A DNA stretch of 63,876 nucleotides, from IMG/VR virus record IMGVR_UViG_3300031963_000134, positions 1 to 63,876 of that record. One strand, written 5' to 3'. Made by a program: the position numbers and the translations under genes. The notes beneath the pieces are model-generated. The model was not told where the DNA came from, ran no database searches, and saw nothing but the letters and a program-made list of their open reading frames with translations. This stretch comes from a virus. Its lineage: Duplodnaviria; Caudoviricetes. Of this stretch, positions 27,303 through 37,630 are shown piece by piece; the stretch's first letter is position 1, and each line of letters opens with the position of its first letter.

Positions 27303-27719
27303 ATGTCAGACACAAAACCAATGACTCTTGTCACTTCCAATTGGAATGGACAAACAACTTTTAGATTGATTCCTATATCTCTAGAAGCAGCTTTCTCTGA
27401 AGGTATTTATGATCCATCGGATAAGGTACTTGTACTTATGTCAAAGCACGTTAAGGAAAGTGTACACCTTATTCCTAGATTGGATGATAATGGAGATCCT
27501 GTGCCTTTGAAAAAACCTAGATCAAATGGTAAGAACTACAAAGAGCAAAGGATTACTCTCCAAACATATACCGAGTATTATGTAACGGAGAAAGATGAGA
27601 TCAAAGAGATCGTAACTAAACTAGCTGATAATGCTTCGAGTTTTCCTCTTAAACAGTTCTTGGATAAGAAGGAAAAACCTGTTGCTAAAGGCGGAGATTT
27701 AGACGTAGATAAGCAGTAA
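27303..27719 (+). CDS. hypothetical protein
   Basis: ATG 27303. Confidence 0.7.
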   Translation: MSDTKPMTLVTSNWNGQTTFRLIPISLEAAFSEGIYDPSDKVLVLMSKHVKESVHLIPRLDDNGDPVPLKKPRSNGKNYKEQRITLQTYTEYYVTEKDEIKEIVTKLADNASSFPLKQFLDKKEKPVAKGGDLDVDKQ

Positions 27720-27760
27720 TAAGGTAGTTCAATTTCTCAGTGTTTTATTAAGTTGTTTTT

Positions 27761-27790
27761 AGAAAGGGAGCCCCAAACTCCCTTTCTTTT
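27761..27790 (+). terminator. rho-independent terminator
   Basis: AGAAAGGGAG/CTCCCTTTCT plus T tract. Confidence 0.65.
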
Positions 27791-27801
27791 ACTTTCATCT
27801 T

Positions 27802-29724
27802 ATGGAAAAGAAACCTGTAGACCACTGGGTGCATGACTATGAAACTCTTAGTAATCTATTTGTAGCTGTCTTTGAACACTATAAAGAAGATGCGAGAAAA
27901 GTATTCATAGTGCACGAGTTACAGAATGATTTTCCGGGGTTACTAGATTTTCTGAAAACAAGTAAAGAGAATCGTAATTGGCATATATCGTTTAACGGTC
28001 TAGCATTTGACTCTCAAATCACAGAGTATATTCTTAAAAACGATAAGAAGCTTTCTAAACTATCTGGTGATGAGATAGCTAGAGAGTTGTATTCTGTTGC
28101 TCAAGGAGTTATTGATAAGAGTAACAACGGTGAATTTTCTGAATTCTCACCATGGCAACTGAGTTTCAAACAGGTTGATTTGTTTAAGCTAAACCATTGG
28201 GATAATCCTGCTAAGAAATCCAGTCTCAAATGGATTCAGTATAGTATGGACTGGGATAACATCCTAGACATGCCCATTAGTCATAGAGCAAACATTACAA
28301 CCGAAGATGAAATTAGAACCGTTGTTACGTATTGTATAAACGATGTACGTTCTACTAAACGAATCCTTCAGCTTAGTAAAGATCAAGTAAACCTACGGAA
28401 TGCGCTCAGTAAAGAATATGATGTAGATCTTTATTCTGCATCTGAACCAAGAATAGCTAAAGAGCTATTCATAAAATTCTTATCTGAAGAATTGGGTGCT
28501 GATCCCGCAGAACTTAAGAAGCTTAGAACATTCAGGAAAGAAATCAAAGTAGGAGAGATACTTCTTCCTTACTATGACTTTCAAATACCTGAACTCAAAA
28601 ATCTCTATGAGCAATTTCAAAAACTTAAGATCGATCCTTACAAAACAAAGGACGCTTTTAAGTATGTAATTAATCATAAGAACGTAGAAACCACCTTTGG
28701 TTTGGGCGGTCTTCATGGTGCATGTCCTAGTGGTAGCTATGTAGCAGAACCTGGGACAGTAATCATGAGTTCAGACGTTGAGAGTTTTTATCCTAATCTA
28801 GCGATACAAAACGAATGGTCTCCCGCTCATATTCCTAAGAAGGTGTTTTGTTCTAAGTACAAATGGTTCTTCACAGAAAGAAAGAAGATACCTAAGTCTG
28901 ATCCTAAGAATTACGTTTACAAGATTATTCTCAATAGTACGTATGGTCTAAGCAATGACAAGAACTCTTTCTTGTATGATCCTATGTTTACTATGAGTAT
29001 TACCATTAATGGTCAGCTCTCTTTGTTGATGCTGTATGAGATGCTCATACTAGCTATACCAGAAGCTGTACCGTTGATGCTTAATACTGATGGTCTTGAG
29101 ATGAAGATTCCTGAGGACAAAAAGGATATCTATCTAAAAGTATGTGCTGAATGGGAACAGAAAACAAGACTTGTATTAGAGCATGCTGAATATGAGAAGC
29201 TCTATCTAGCTGATGTAAACAATTACATAGCGGTATTCAAAGACAAGAATAAGAAACCAAAATGTAAGGGAAGGTTTGAGTTTGAAGGTCTAGCACTTCA
29301 CAAAAACAAAAGCTTTCTCATTATACCAAAAGCTATTTATGCTTTTCTGATTCACAATATTTCTCCGGAGGAAACTCTCCGCACGAATAGAAACATATTT
29401 GACTATTGTGCAGGTATCAAAGTAAAGAATGATTGGGTTGTATTTGAAACCTGTGTTGTAGATGGAGAAGTCCAGTATACAAAACAACAGCACACAATAA
29501 GATATTTTGTTTCTAAACGTGGTTGCAAGCTTGTAAAGAAGCATAGATCCGACAATAGAGAGATACAAATCGAATCGGGTAAATGGCTTCAGACTGTCTT
29601 CAATAAAGTAGAAGACAAACCCTGGAACCAATATGAAATCGATGAGAAGTATTATCTCAATGCGATCTATCGAGAGCTATATAAGTTCTCGGAAAAAACT
29701 AATCAGGTACTTAAACTATTTTAA
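27802..29724 (+). CDS. polB: family B DNA polymerase
   Basis: Exo motifs HDYET, FNGLAFD, YCINDV; Pol motifs DVESFYPN, YKIILNSTYG, NTDG. Confidence 0.92.
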   Translation: MEKKPVDHWVHDYETLSNLFVAVFEHYKEDARKVFIVHELQNDFPGLLDFLKTSKENRNWHISFNGLAFDSQITEYILKNDKKLSKLSGDEIARELYSVAQGVIDKSNNGEFSEFSPWQLSFKQVDLFKLNHWDNPAKKSSLKWIQYSMDWDNILDMPISHRANITTEDEIRTVVTYCINDVRSTKRILQLSKDQVNLRNALSKEYDVDLYSASEPRIAKELFIKFLSEELGADPAELKKLRTFRKEIKVGEILLPYYDFQIPELKNLYEQFQKLKIDPYKTKDAFKYVINHKNVETTFGLGGLHGACPSGSYVAEPGTVIMSSDVESFYPNLAIQNEWSPAHIPKKVFCSKYKWFFTERKKIPKSDPKNYVYKIILNSTYGLSNDKNSFLYDPMFTMSITINGQLSLLMLYEMLILAIPEAVPLMLNTDGLEMKIPEDKKDIYLKVCAEWEQKTRLVLEHAEYEKLYLADVNNYIAVFKDKNKKPKCKGRFEFEGLALHKNKSFLIIPKAIYAFLIHNISPEETLRTNRNIFDYCAGIKVKNDWVVFETCVVDGEVQYTKQQHTIRYFVSKRGCKLVKKHRSDNREIQIESGKWLQTVFNKVEDKPWNQYEIDEKYYLNAIYRELYKFSEKTNQVLKLF

Positions 29725-29726
29725 TT

Positions 29727-30725
29727 ATGCCTAAGAAACCTATTCAAATCGAACGCTTCTATATTGAAGATGCGATTATACCATCCGCTGTGTTAAACAC
29801 AGCGCTTCCTCATAAGAAGATAATTGAAAAGTATACAACTCACAGTACTTCTCTTAATCAAACCTTGTCCAAAGAGATTTATAGGTGCAATGATAATGCT
29901 GTGTTTGTACTAGGTCGTATGATTTTTGAAGACTGTTATTTTACAGCTTTCTATAACTCATATGAGCCTAACAGTAAATTCAAGACATGCTCAGGAGTAT
30001 ATCTTAAAAACGAAGAGTGTTTCATTCCATTTAGAAAAGACAATAACAAGAAATGGAATCGTAAGACTAATCACGATGATACTCTTAAAGTAATTGAGCA
30101 GGATCTCGCAGACTTCAGTACTCAAGAAGCAATCGTGATGAACGAACTTGACTTCATAAAAAACATTGAAATCAGCGAAGATGAAATCTTGAACTTCCTA
30201 ACTAGACTTTATTTCAAAGATGGGGTTCTTGGTAATGAGCAGTTGTCGCTTGTAAAGAAGCACTATAACACAAATACTAGTACTTCATTTACCTATTTTG
30301 ACATGCTCATTGTATTACTCAAGAGTATTGAAGCATCTCACCCAAAGACTTGGATTGACCAACATAGAATCATCTATACGTCTATCCTCAACAAAGCGGC
30401 TGAGAATCAAGACTTTGTAATCCAAGATGTCAATGTTAAAGAGGAAGAACTTGATGTCATTTCCCCCGTTGAGGAAACAGTTGTAGAAGAAAAACAAGAA
30501 GTAATTCAACCAGAAATCGAAGAACTACCTCTTGACAGTCTACAACCTGTTGCTCAAATTGAAACAGAGTTTAACTTTGAAGAAGATCCCGAGATCATCA
30601 GTTATGACGAAGATATAATGGAAGATGATTTCACTTGGGATTGTGTAAAATGTGGTAGCTCTCAAGGTCCAGCAGATATCTTCTATGAAGGTCAACTGTG
30701 CGGAGCTTGTGCACAGGATAATTGA
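29727..30725 (+). CDS. hypothetical protein, DUF932-like N-terminus with acidic linker and C-terminal Zn ribbon
   Basis: NSYE motif; CVKC...CGAC. Confidence 0.55.
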   Translation: MPKKPIQIERFYIEDAIIPSAVLNTALPHKKIIEKYTTHSTSLNQTLSKEIYRCNDNAVFVLGRMIFEDCYFTAFYNSYEPNSKFKTCSGVYLKNEECFIPFRKDNNKKWNRKTNHDDTLKVIEQDLADFSTQEAIVMNELDFIKNIEISEDEILNFLTRLYFKDGVLGNEQLSLVKKHYNTNTSTSFTYFDMLIVLLKSIEASHPKTWIDQHRIIYTSILNKAAENQDFVIQDVNVKEEELDVISPVEETVVEEKQEVIQPEIEELPLDSLQPVAQIETEFNFEEDPEIISYDEDIMEDDFTWDCVKCGSSQGPADIFYEGQLCGACAQDN

Positions 30726-30756
30726 GTCTTTTATTTTTAGTCATCAGCATTTTGAA

Positions 30757-30792
30757 AGTGCAGTCTCTCTCCCCGGGAGACTGCACTATTTT
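30757..30792 (+). terminator. rho-independent terminator
   Basis: AGTGCAGTCTC/GAGACTGCACT plus ATTTT. Confidence 0.65.
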
Positions 30793-30839
30793 CTGAAACT
30801 AAAAATTATGTGTTCTGCTACCTAGTAACTATTTTAACT

Positions 30840-31223
30840 ATGAATAAAGATGAAATGGTTTCTCGTGAAGCTTATCAAATACAACTTGAAAAAAGTAAAG
30901 CTGATCGACAAGAGAACAAATGGCTCAGAGAAAAAAACGGTATACTTATGAATAACTATAGGGAATTAATCGAAGAGCTAAAAGATTACAAGTCTACGCT
31001 CGAAAAAAGAGAGACACAGATCGATCTGTTTTGGAAGATGTATGAAGTTCAGAAAGGGGAAATTACTAAATTGAAACTCCTTTTGAATAAGGAACAAGAA
31101 GTTACCGGAGCTTCAACCATTAAACCAAATGAAAGGACCATTCTTAAGATGTCTAAGCTTGATGAAGATAAAGCGAAGGAAGAATGGAAACCAGAAAAAG
31201 GAAGTAGATTAAACCCATTTTAA
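30840..31223 (+). CDS. coiled-coil hypothetical protein
   Basis: ATG 30840. Confidence 0.65.
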   Translation: MNKDEMVSREAYQIQLEKSKADRQENKWLREKNGILMNNYRELIEELKDYKSTLEKRETQIDLFWKMYEVQKGEITKLKLLLNKEQEVTGASTIKPNERTILKMSKLDEDKAKEEWKPEKGSRLNPF

Positions 31224-31224
31224 A

Positions 31225-31605
31225 ATGAAAGAACAACTCAACGCAGTAGAAGAATTCCACCGAGTATTCAAAGTAGGGACGACGGAAGAAATCCAACTCC
31301 TTAATAATGAAGACTCAAGACTCCGTTTCAGACTTATGGACGAAGAGAACCAAGAATATCTTACTGCTTGTTACGATGAAGATATCGTCGGTGTAGCCGA
31401 TGCATTAGGAGATATGTTGTATATCCTCTGCGGAACAATTCTCAAACACGGACTTCAACACAAGATAGAAGAAGTGTTTAGAGAAATTCAAAGAAGCAAC
31501 ATGTCAAAGTTAGATCTTGACGGAACACCAATCTTTAGAGAAGATGGTAAAGTTCTTAAAGGTCCTAACTACACACCACCTAATATCAAAGACATTATTT
31601 GCTAA
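31225..31605 (+). CDS. MazG-like/PRA-PH nucleoside triphosphate pyrophosphohydrolase
   Basis: EENQE, ADALGDMLY, SNMSK, REDGKVLKG. Confidence 0.9.
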   Translation: MKEQLNAVEEFHRVFKVGTTEEIQLLNNEDSRLRFRLMDEENQEYLTACYDEDIVGVADALGDMLYILCGTILKHGLQHKIEEVFREIQRSNMSKLDLDGTPIFREDGKVLKGPNYTPPNIKDIIC

Positions 31606-31629
31606 GCTCATTTTAGGTGTTATTTTTTT

Positions 31630-31658
31630 AGGGGAGTCTTCGGACTCCCCTTTTTTTT
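31630..31658 (+). terminator. terminator at convergent junction
   Basis: GGGGAGTC-TTCG-GACTCCCC followed by T8. Confidence 0.85.
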
Positions 31659-34600
31659 AGATCTTACTTAAGTTTTGAGCTTTAATAAGATTGGTAATAG
31701 CAGATGCTGGGTCAATAAACGTAGCGTTAATACCAAACATTTTAGCTGTCATATTCCAAATCTTTCTAGATCCTTGTTGTTGCCACTCATATGCTCCAGC
31801 ACGACGTTTATAAAACGCTCTTTCATTACCAAATGCTGAGTCTAACATATTACCCAAAATACTTTGATATGAGTCAAGTGTTGGACCAAGAGCAATAGAT
31901 TTAATATCTGTTAAATCTAACAAGTTATCTAAACCAAATTTTGGTAATGGTAATAACTGTTCATTCTCTGAACGAATTTGAATTGCTAAATTGAGTGTGT
32001 GCAAACCTAACCAACCAAACAAATCAAATTCATTATTATCTTCTGCTACAAATGGAATAGGTAATGGACCACTCATCTGACGAAGTTTTTCATATTTATC
32101 TTCATCATCAAGATCAAACCCAAATGATCCAATAATCAAATCAAGAATCAAAAGCATTGAAACTTCAGCAAGTACTCTTAATGAAGCTGCAAATACTTCT
32201 TTATCCTTATATATCTGAATAGGATCTAGATTTTTAATCGCATTCCATAAACCTTTTATAAAGGTGACATAATAACCTTGATCTTGTTGTCCATACCCTG
32301 GATTCCATCTTCTTTTACCAAAACGTTGAACAAACATAGTGGTAAAGAATCTTCTCATAAAAGATATAAATCTCCAAAGAATCCATCTTTGAGCTTCAGG
32401 TTGAGCGAAACTTGAATAAGCACCTGTAAGCTTTTGCATAACAGCTTGAACCTTATTACGGAACAACTTAAAGAGGTTATTATCAATTTCTACTTCTAAT
32501 TGTTTATTGACTAAAGCGTCATACTTCTTATTGATACCAGCTATTTCGTTTTCATCTCTAGCTAATGCAATTTTTTCTTTACGAGACTTTTCAAGTTCTT
32601 CTACATTTTTAAGTCTCTTACTCATCTTCCATTCCTTCTCGATAATTTCTTTCATATCTTCTTCAGGAATGTTATACTTCTCTGCTAGAGATTTTACTGT
32701 ATCACTTTTACTAATTGTATGTTTAGTAGATGTGTTAGCATAACGAATGTCAATACCTTCTTTAAGTTTAATTATACCAGACGCATCTAGTTCCCATGCA
32801 TCCATATAATCAATATCAACTCCGTTCTGACTTACTTTTTTCTTGTACATCATCCCAGCAAATGTTTGGGATGCAGCTTCAACTTCTAAAAACTTTCTAG
32901 GACCTTGTAAAAATCTAAAGGTAGCAACGTCTTTAAATACCGTTCTTGAATATGGATCGTCAGCTCTTTCTCTAAACCTACCTTCTTGAAAGTCAAAGAC
33001 ATCTCCTATCTGCTCAGACAGTCTTTTGTTTGGGTCATACATGCTTGCTGTAGTATCAAACATATATTTAGAAGCCCAAACTTGTCCTTTAGCTAATGAT
33101 GTGTACGTTAAATTTTCACCTGCTGCAGCTTCAATCATTGCTTGAAACTTAGCACCCATCTGGTTTTTAATATCAGACGTTGGGTTAAAAGTAAAAAATG
33201 AAAACGCCGCTCGCTTAAACATAAAGTTCTGGAGGTTAATCAACCATTTCTGATTTGATAAAAACCCAGAAGTCTTTTGACCTAAAAACTCTCGATCATA
33301 AAAGTTTTGAATTGCGGATCGACGAACATACTTACCACCCTTATTAGCGTATGTAATAACTCCTCTATTAACTGCGTCAAAAAAACTAGCCTTCTCCATG
33401 TCTTTAGGCTCATTTTTTTCTAAAACATTTTTAAGAGCTTTAGCAGTAGGATTCATTTTAAGAAGCTGTTTTTTCTGTTCAGCTCCCATCATGTATCTAA
33501 TGATACTGCTTACAACGTCAGTAGATGTTTCTTCATAATCTAGATTATAAAGACCTTGAATTGGAATATTATCAATCTGATCACCAAATGCATCTAGTCT
33601 TACTAATTCTAGTTTAGAATTATAGTTATATTGAGGATCATCTTTGATTTGACCTCTAATCCATTCAAGAAACTTTTTAATGAGTCTTCTAATAAGACTC
33701 ATTTTTTCTTCAGCTTTTTGTCTACTTCTTCCCGATTGAAGCATTTCAAGATTACTCATCTCAAAACGTGGGAAGTCTAGATAAAGACGATCTTTTCTTG
33801 GAAGTCCTTCTTGACTCTTTAAATGGATTTTTGTTAAAGCTTCAAGCGCTTTAAACTTTTTACCATCTAAAGAATTGGGATCAGCATTCTTTAATCTAAA
33901 GTACTCTTCATTAATATAAGGAGAACCTTCTTTGATTTTAGGAAGCCATCCGTTTTCTGAAACACCTCGGTTATCAATATGAATTCCAACAATGGGTTTT
34001 ACTTTACCTGTAGCTTTATCATACCCAGTACGAAACTCTTTCTTTACTACACGAGCATAGAATTTCATTTTAGGTAAACCCGGAATCTTAATTTTATTAC
34101 CGTCTTCGTCTAATATATTAGTTGTCTCATAATACTTAGGATCATTAGGACGGATAACGTTCCATACGTACAACCTTTCGTATTGAGTACCACCCTTTAC
34201 TTTTTTTTCAATGTGGTTGTTATTAAACCACGTTTCAAACTGGGGGTTAGCTTTAAACAACAATTCTCTCAATTCAGAACTTGTATAAAGCAAATCCATA
34301 TTTTTTTGATCAAAAGAAGTAATACCAAACTGGTCATACACTTCTTTCAAATCCATTTTTTCTAGTAAACTATTTAATTGATCTAAATAGTATTCAGTAG
34401 GTTCTTTACCTTGAAGTTCTTTTAACTTAGCAAATTCATTATTAAGCTCTTGGATTTCTGCTTTACTCAAACCTTTGCTTTCTTGAAGCTCTAGAAGCTC
34501 AACCCAACGTTCATATTTTTCTTTAGGAAGAGTCTTATAATAGTCTCTTTCAGCGCTCAACTCATTTAGCTCATCATACTGTTCTCTGGTAAGTCCAGTA

Positions 34601-37600
34601 AATCCCGCCCAAGCTTCTTTAGCTCTTTCCATAGCTTCTTGAGCTTCACGAATTTTATTCTTTCTACCTTCAGTAATCTCATGACCTAAAGGTTGACCAT
34701 CATCATCACGATATCCTGATACTGAGTCAAGAATGTCTTCCCAATATTTTGTAAAGTCAATTTCATTAGCTTGAGTAGAAGGAAGCTTAGAAAGTATTTT
34801 TTTGATTCGTTCTAAAATTTCAGCACGGTCTTCATAAAACTTGGGTTTTATTACTACACGTGTATTCATCTTAATCCATAAATCTCTTTTCTCATTATAG
34901 ATTTCATTATAATCCTCATGACCAGGAGTATAACCCTGCTTAACAAGTTGAGATTTAATCTCTGATTCTACATCTTGTAATGCGTTTTGAAAGACACCAG
35001 GTCTTTCTTTAAACTCATAATACTTTCTAGTTTTATCTCTATACTCTTGAAGTCTTTTAGCTATGAGTAGATCGTCACCTTTTTTCTTTGTACCATCTGC
35101 GTTAAATGTAGAGTAGAGAAGTCTATATTTTCTCCACGCCAACTCAAGCTCACGATGTTTGTCGAGTAATTGATACTCCGACATAAGTGGCTCATTAAGC
35201 ATCCGGATATCTTCAAGAATTTGGTCTCTAGCGGATTGAGCTAATTTACCAATCGTATCATTATCATCTTGTATAAGAGTAGTATCCTTATAGTATTGAT
35301 CATCATACTCTTGATAAAACCATTCTCTTAAATGCTTTTCTTTCTGGTGAATCATATCGATCATCTTTAAATGATCTTCTTTTTTACCAGAACTACGATA
35401 TTGTTTTTCAAGTTGACGGATGTCGTAATTAAACTTGTCAATTACGTATCTATGATTTTTATGTGGTTGTAGTAATGACCATATTTTTTTCTCTGTAAAC
35501 TCTCCAGTTTCAGCATTAAAATGACCAATAGTATCTACAAACCCTAAAGTCTTTCCTGACTCACCAATGTTATTAGAATTTATTCCAGCATCCGACAACA
35601 GCTTTTTTAAATCATAACCTGCTATCTCATCTAATCTATTCTTAATTCTACCATCAACTTCTGTTAGATTGTTTTTATAATACATTGCAAACCCACCAAT
35701 TACTGGGTCAGTATTATAAAGGTAACCTTCAAGAAATGAGTTAGCCCAACTAGCATCCTTACCTTCACCTTTAAGTTTAGCTTCGATTTTTTCTTTGGTA
35801 ACACGAATAGCATCTACCGTCTTAGCTCTTAAAGATTCATACTTTTCAGTGTCACTATAATCCAAAAACTCTCCAGACTCTAATTTTTCACTGAGCTCAT
35901 TGTATGTTTGAAGGTCAGCTCTTGTTAAACCATAGTATGCTATATACTCTTTTTCAATAGCAGCATCACTTGTTTTACTTTCTTTAAGTCTTTTGATTTT
36001 ATCTTCAAATACTCTGTCACCTTCTCTAGCGATAGTCTTCCAAGAATCCCAAAGTACGTCTGCTACTCCTTCAGTTTGAATAGTATTAATACTATCCGAA
36101 GCTTTTCTAATATTTCCTCTAATGTTTGAGACAATATTATTTAAAGGTGAATTTGAATCAGCACCAGCACTATCGAGAACTTTTTGAAATTCCTGTATAT
36201 ACCTATCCCAATAATTTAAAACGTTAGAATAATAATCAACCTTATGAAGAGTATCCTTATCATTCGTATCGTCTTCCAACGATTTAAGATGGTTTTGTAT
36301 TTTGCCAATAGCAAAATCTAACCTTATCATTGAGTTGACAAATGATGTAACTTCATTTTCTACCACCTCAATATCTTTCAGTTTATCTTCAGCAACTGAA
36401 TCAATAATAGAGGTGTATTTACTAAGATTTGATTTAATCTGTTGAAGGTCACCACGATTGAACTCATCAGTAAGAAGTTCAACAAGGTCAGTATAGTTAC
36501 CGCTAGATTGTAAATATTTAATCTGATTAGCAGCTCCCTCAAATACACGTTTCATCATAGTGAGCAAGACACGGTTACCTACCTTGTCTACTACCTTACG
36601 CATATCTTGGACATACTTTACTTGATCTTCAAAGTATGCTACAATTAAATCATCAGATATCTCTTGGGTATTTATTTGAAACTTATCTCCCTGCGCAAGC
36701 ATTTGAGCAAGATCAGCCATTGATGTGCTACCATCAAGCTTAGAGATATTGATCTTAGACCCAAAGAGTTTTCTAAGAAACTGACGAATGTTATAGAGAA
36801 GATTTGTAAAAAACGATTTTTTAGTCGGATCTACTTTAAGATTTTGACTAGCAAACATAGCTTGTTCAGTAAGAGCTTTTACAAGCACTTCCTCTTTTAC
36901 AGCATTGTCTAAATCTTCACCATAAAGTCTTCTTAAGTCAGCGTCTGTTTCTACCTCGGCTCTTTGTTTTAAACTCTCATATTCACTAAGAGCTTGACCA
37001 ACATACTCAGGATTAGAAAGTATAGCTTCTTGATATAGCTTTTCAAAAAGCTCAGGATTTTCAAATCTTATTGCACGTATAATCGGGTGTGAAAATTCGT
37101 GAAAAGCTAATTTGGTATTAAGTTTTTCACTAACAAAATAGACTTGACCACCAAAGAAAAAACCAGCTTTACTACCGTTATATGGGTTAGCAGTATTAGC
37201 TGTAATACGCATTGCTTCTTCAGTAGAAACAATATTGTAAGCTACCCCGGTTTGAGCAGATAGTTTTCCTACAATCTCAATCGCTTGTGTACGGTTTTGT
37301 TCAGTTAATGAAAGTGACTCATTATTAAACTCAGCTAGTAGGAAAGATAACCCGACTGCAGTTTCAGGATCTTGAAACATTGGGTCTTCAATCTTACTTG
37401 CTAATTTTTTTCGGTCACTATTAATCTGAGCTTGAATTGAAACTTCAGATGCTGGTTCCGTTCTTAAACGAATTTTTTCTTTTACCTGAATAGGTGTACC
37501 AATAGGTCTATCGTTATCTGCTGCTTCAAGAAACTCTCTAACAGCTTCTTTTCTACCAACAGCTTTAACTAGTTCATTGAACTTAGCCTCATTATCACCA

Positions 37601-37623
37601 GAAAGATTAAGACAACGTGACAT
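31657..37623 (-). CDS. giant virion/ejection protein (1988 aa) with N-terminal zincin and LysM-like insert
   Basis: HEFSH (37087-37101); KHTISKSDTVKSLAEKYNI LysM-like segment; C-terminal hydrophobic helices; follows vRNAP gene as in crAss-like phages. Confidence 0.8.
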   Translation of the reverse strand: MSRCLNLSGDNEAKFNELVKAVGRKEAVREFLEAADNDRPIGTPIQVKEKIRLRTEPASEVSIQAQINSDRKKLASKIEDPMFQDPETAVGLSFLLAEFNNESLSLTEQNRTQAIEIVGKLSAQTGVAYNIVSTEEAMRITANTANPYNGSKAGFFFGGQVYFVSEKLNTKLAFHEFSHPIIRAIRFENPELFEKLYQEAILSNPEYVGQALSEYESLKQRAEVETDADLRRLYGEDLDNAVKEEVLVKALTEQAMFASQNLKVDPTKKSFFTNLLYNIRQFLRKLFGSKINISKLDGSTSMADLAQMLAQGDKFQINTQEISDDLIVAYFEDQVKYVQDMRKVVDKVGNRVLLTMMKRVFEGAANQIKYLQSSGNYTDLVELLTDEFNRGDLQQIKSNLSKYTSIIDSVAEDKLKDIEVVENEVTSFVNSMIRLDFAIGKIQNHLKSLEDDTNDKDTLHKVDYYSNVLNYWDRYIQEFQKVLDSAGADSNSPLNNIVSNIRGNIRKASDSINTIQTEGVADVLWDSWKTIAREGDRVFEDKIKRLKESKTSDAAIEKEYIAYYGLTRADLQTYNELSEKLESGEFLDYSDTEKYESLRAKTVDAIRVTKEKIEAKLKGEGKDASWANSFLEGYLYNTDPVIGGFAMYYKNNLTEVDGRIKNRLDEIAGYDLKKLLSDAGINSNNIGESGKTLGFVDTIGHFNAETGEFTEKKIWSLLQPHKNHRYVIDKFNYDIRQLEKQYRSSGKKEDHLKMIDMIHQKEKHLREWFYQEYDDQYYKDTTLIQDDNDTIGKLAQSARDQILEDIRMLNEPLMSEYQLLDKHRELELAWRKYRLLYSTFNADGTKKKGDDLLIAKRLQEYRDKTRKYYEFKERPGVFQNALQDVESEIKSQLVKQGYTPGHEDYNEIYNEKRDLWIKMNTRVVIKPKFYEDRAEILERIKKILSKLPSTQANEIDFTKYWEDILDSVSGYRDDDGQPLGHEITEGRKNKIREAQEAMERAKEAWAGFTGLTREQYDELNELSAERDYYKTLPKEKYERWVELLELQESKGLSKAEIQELNNEFAKLKELQGKEPTEYYLDQLNSLLEKMDLKEVYDQFGITSFDQKNMDLLYTSSELRELLFKANPQFETWFNNNHIEKKVKGGTQYERLYVWNVIRPNDPKYYETTNILDEDGNKIKIPGLPKMKFYARVVKKEFRTGYDKATGKVKPIVGIHIDNRGVSENGWLPKIKEGSPYINEEYFRLKNADPNSLDGKKFKALEALTKIHLKSQEGLPRKDRLYLDFPRFEMSNLEMLQSGRSRQKAEEKMSLIRRLIKKFLEWIRGQIKDDPQYNYNSKLELVRLDAFGDQIDNIPIQGLYNLDYEETSTDVVSSIIRYMMGAEQKKQLLKMNPTAKALKNVLEKNEPKDMEKASFFDAVNRGVITYANKGGKYVRRSAIQNFYDREFLGQKTSGFLSNQKWLINLQNFMFKRAAFSFFTFNPTSDIKNQMGAKFQAMIEAAAGENLTYTSLAKGQVWASKYMFDTTASMYDPNKRLSEQIGDVFDFQEGRFRERADDPYSRTVFKDVATFRFLQGPRKFLEVEAASQTFAGMMYKKKVSQNGVDIDYMDAWELDASGIIKLKEGIDIRYANTSTKHTISKSDTVKSLAEKYNIPEEDMKEIIEKEWKMSKRLKNVEELEKSRKEKIALARDENEIAGINKKYDALVNKQLEVEIDNNLFKLFRNKVQAVMQKLTGAYSSFAQPEAQRWILWRFISFMRRFFTTMFVQRFGKRRWNPGYGQQDQGYYVTFIKGLWNAIKNLDPIQIYKDKEVFAASLRVLAEVSMLLILDLIIGSFGFDLDDEDKYEKLRQMSGPLPIPFVAEDNNEFDLFGWLGLHTLNLAIQIRSENEQLLPLPKFGLDNLLDLTDIKSIALGPTLDSYQSILGNMLDSAFGNERAFYKRRAGAYEWQQQGSRKIWNMTAKMFGINATFIDPASAITNLIKAQNLSKI

Positions 37624-37630
37624 ATTAATT

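Noticed and set aside
11013-29724. Inteins, introns or a diversity-generating retroelement in replication genes
   Set aside because: Helicases, primase and PolB are of compact length with no intein splice motifs; no reverse transcriptase or TR/VR pair seen.
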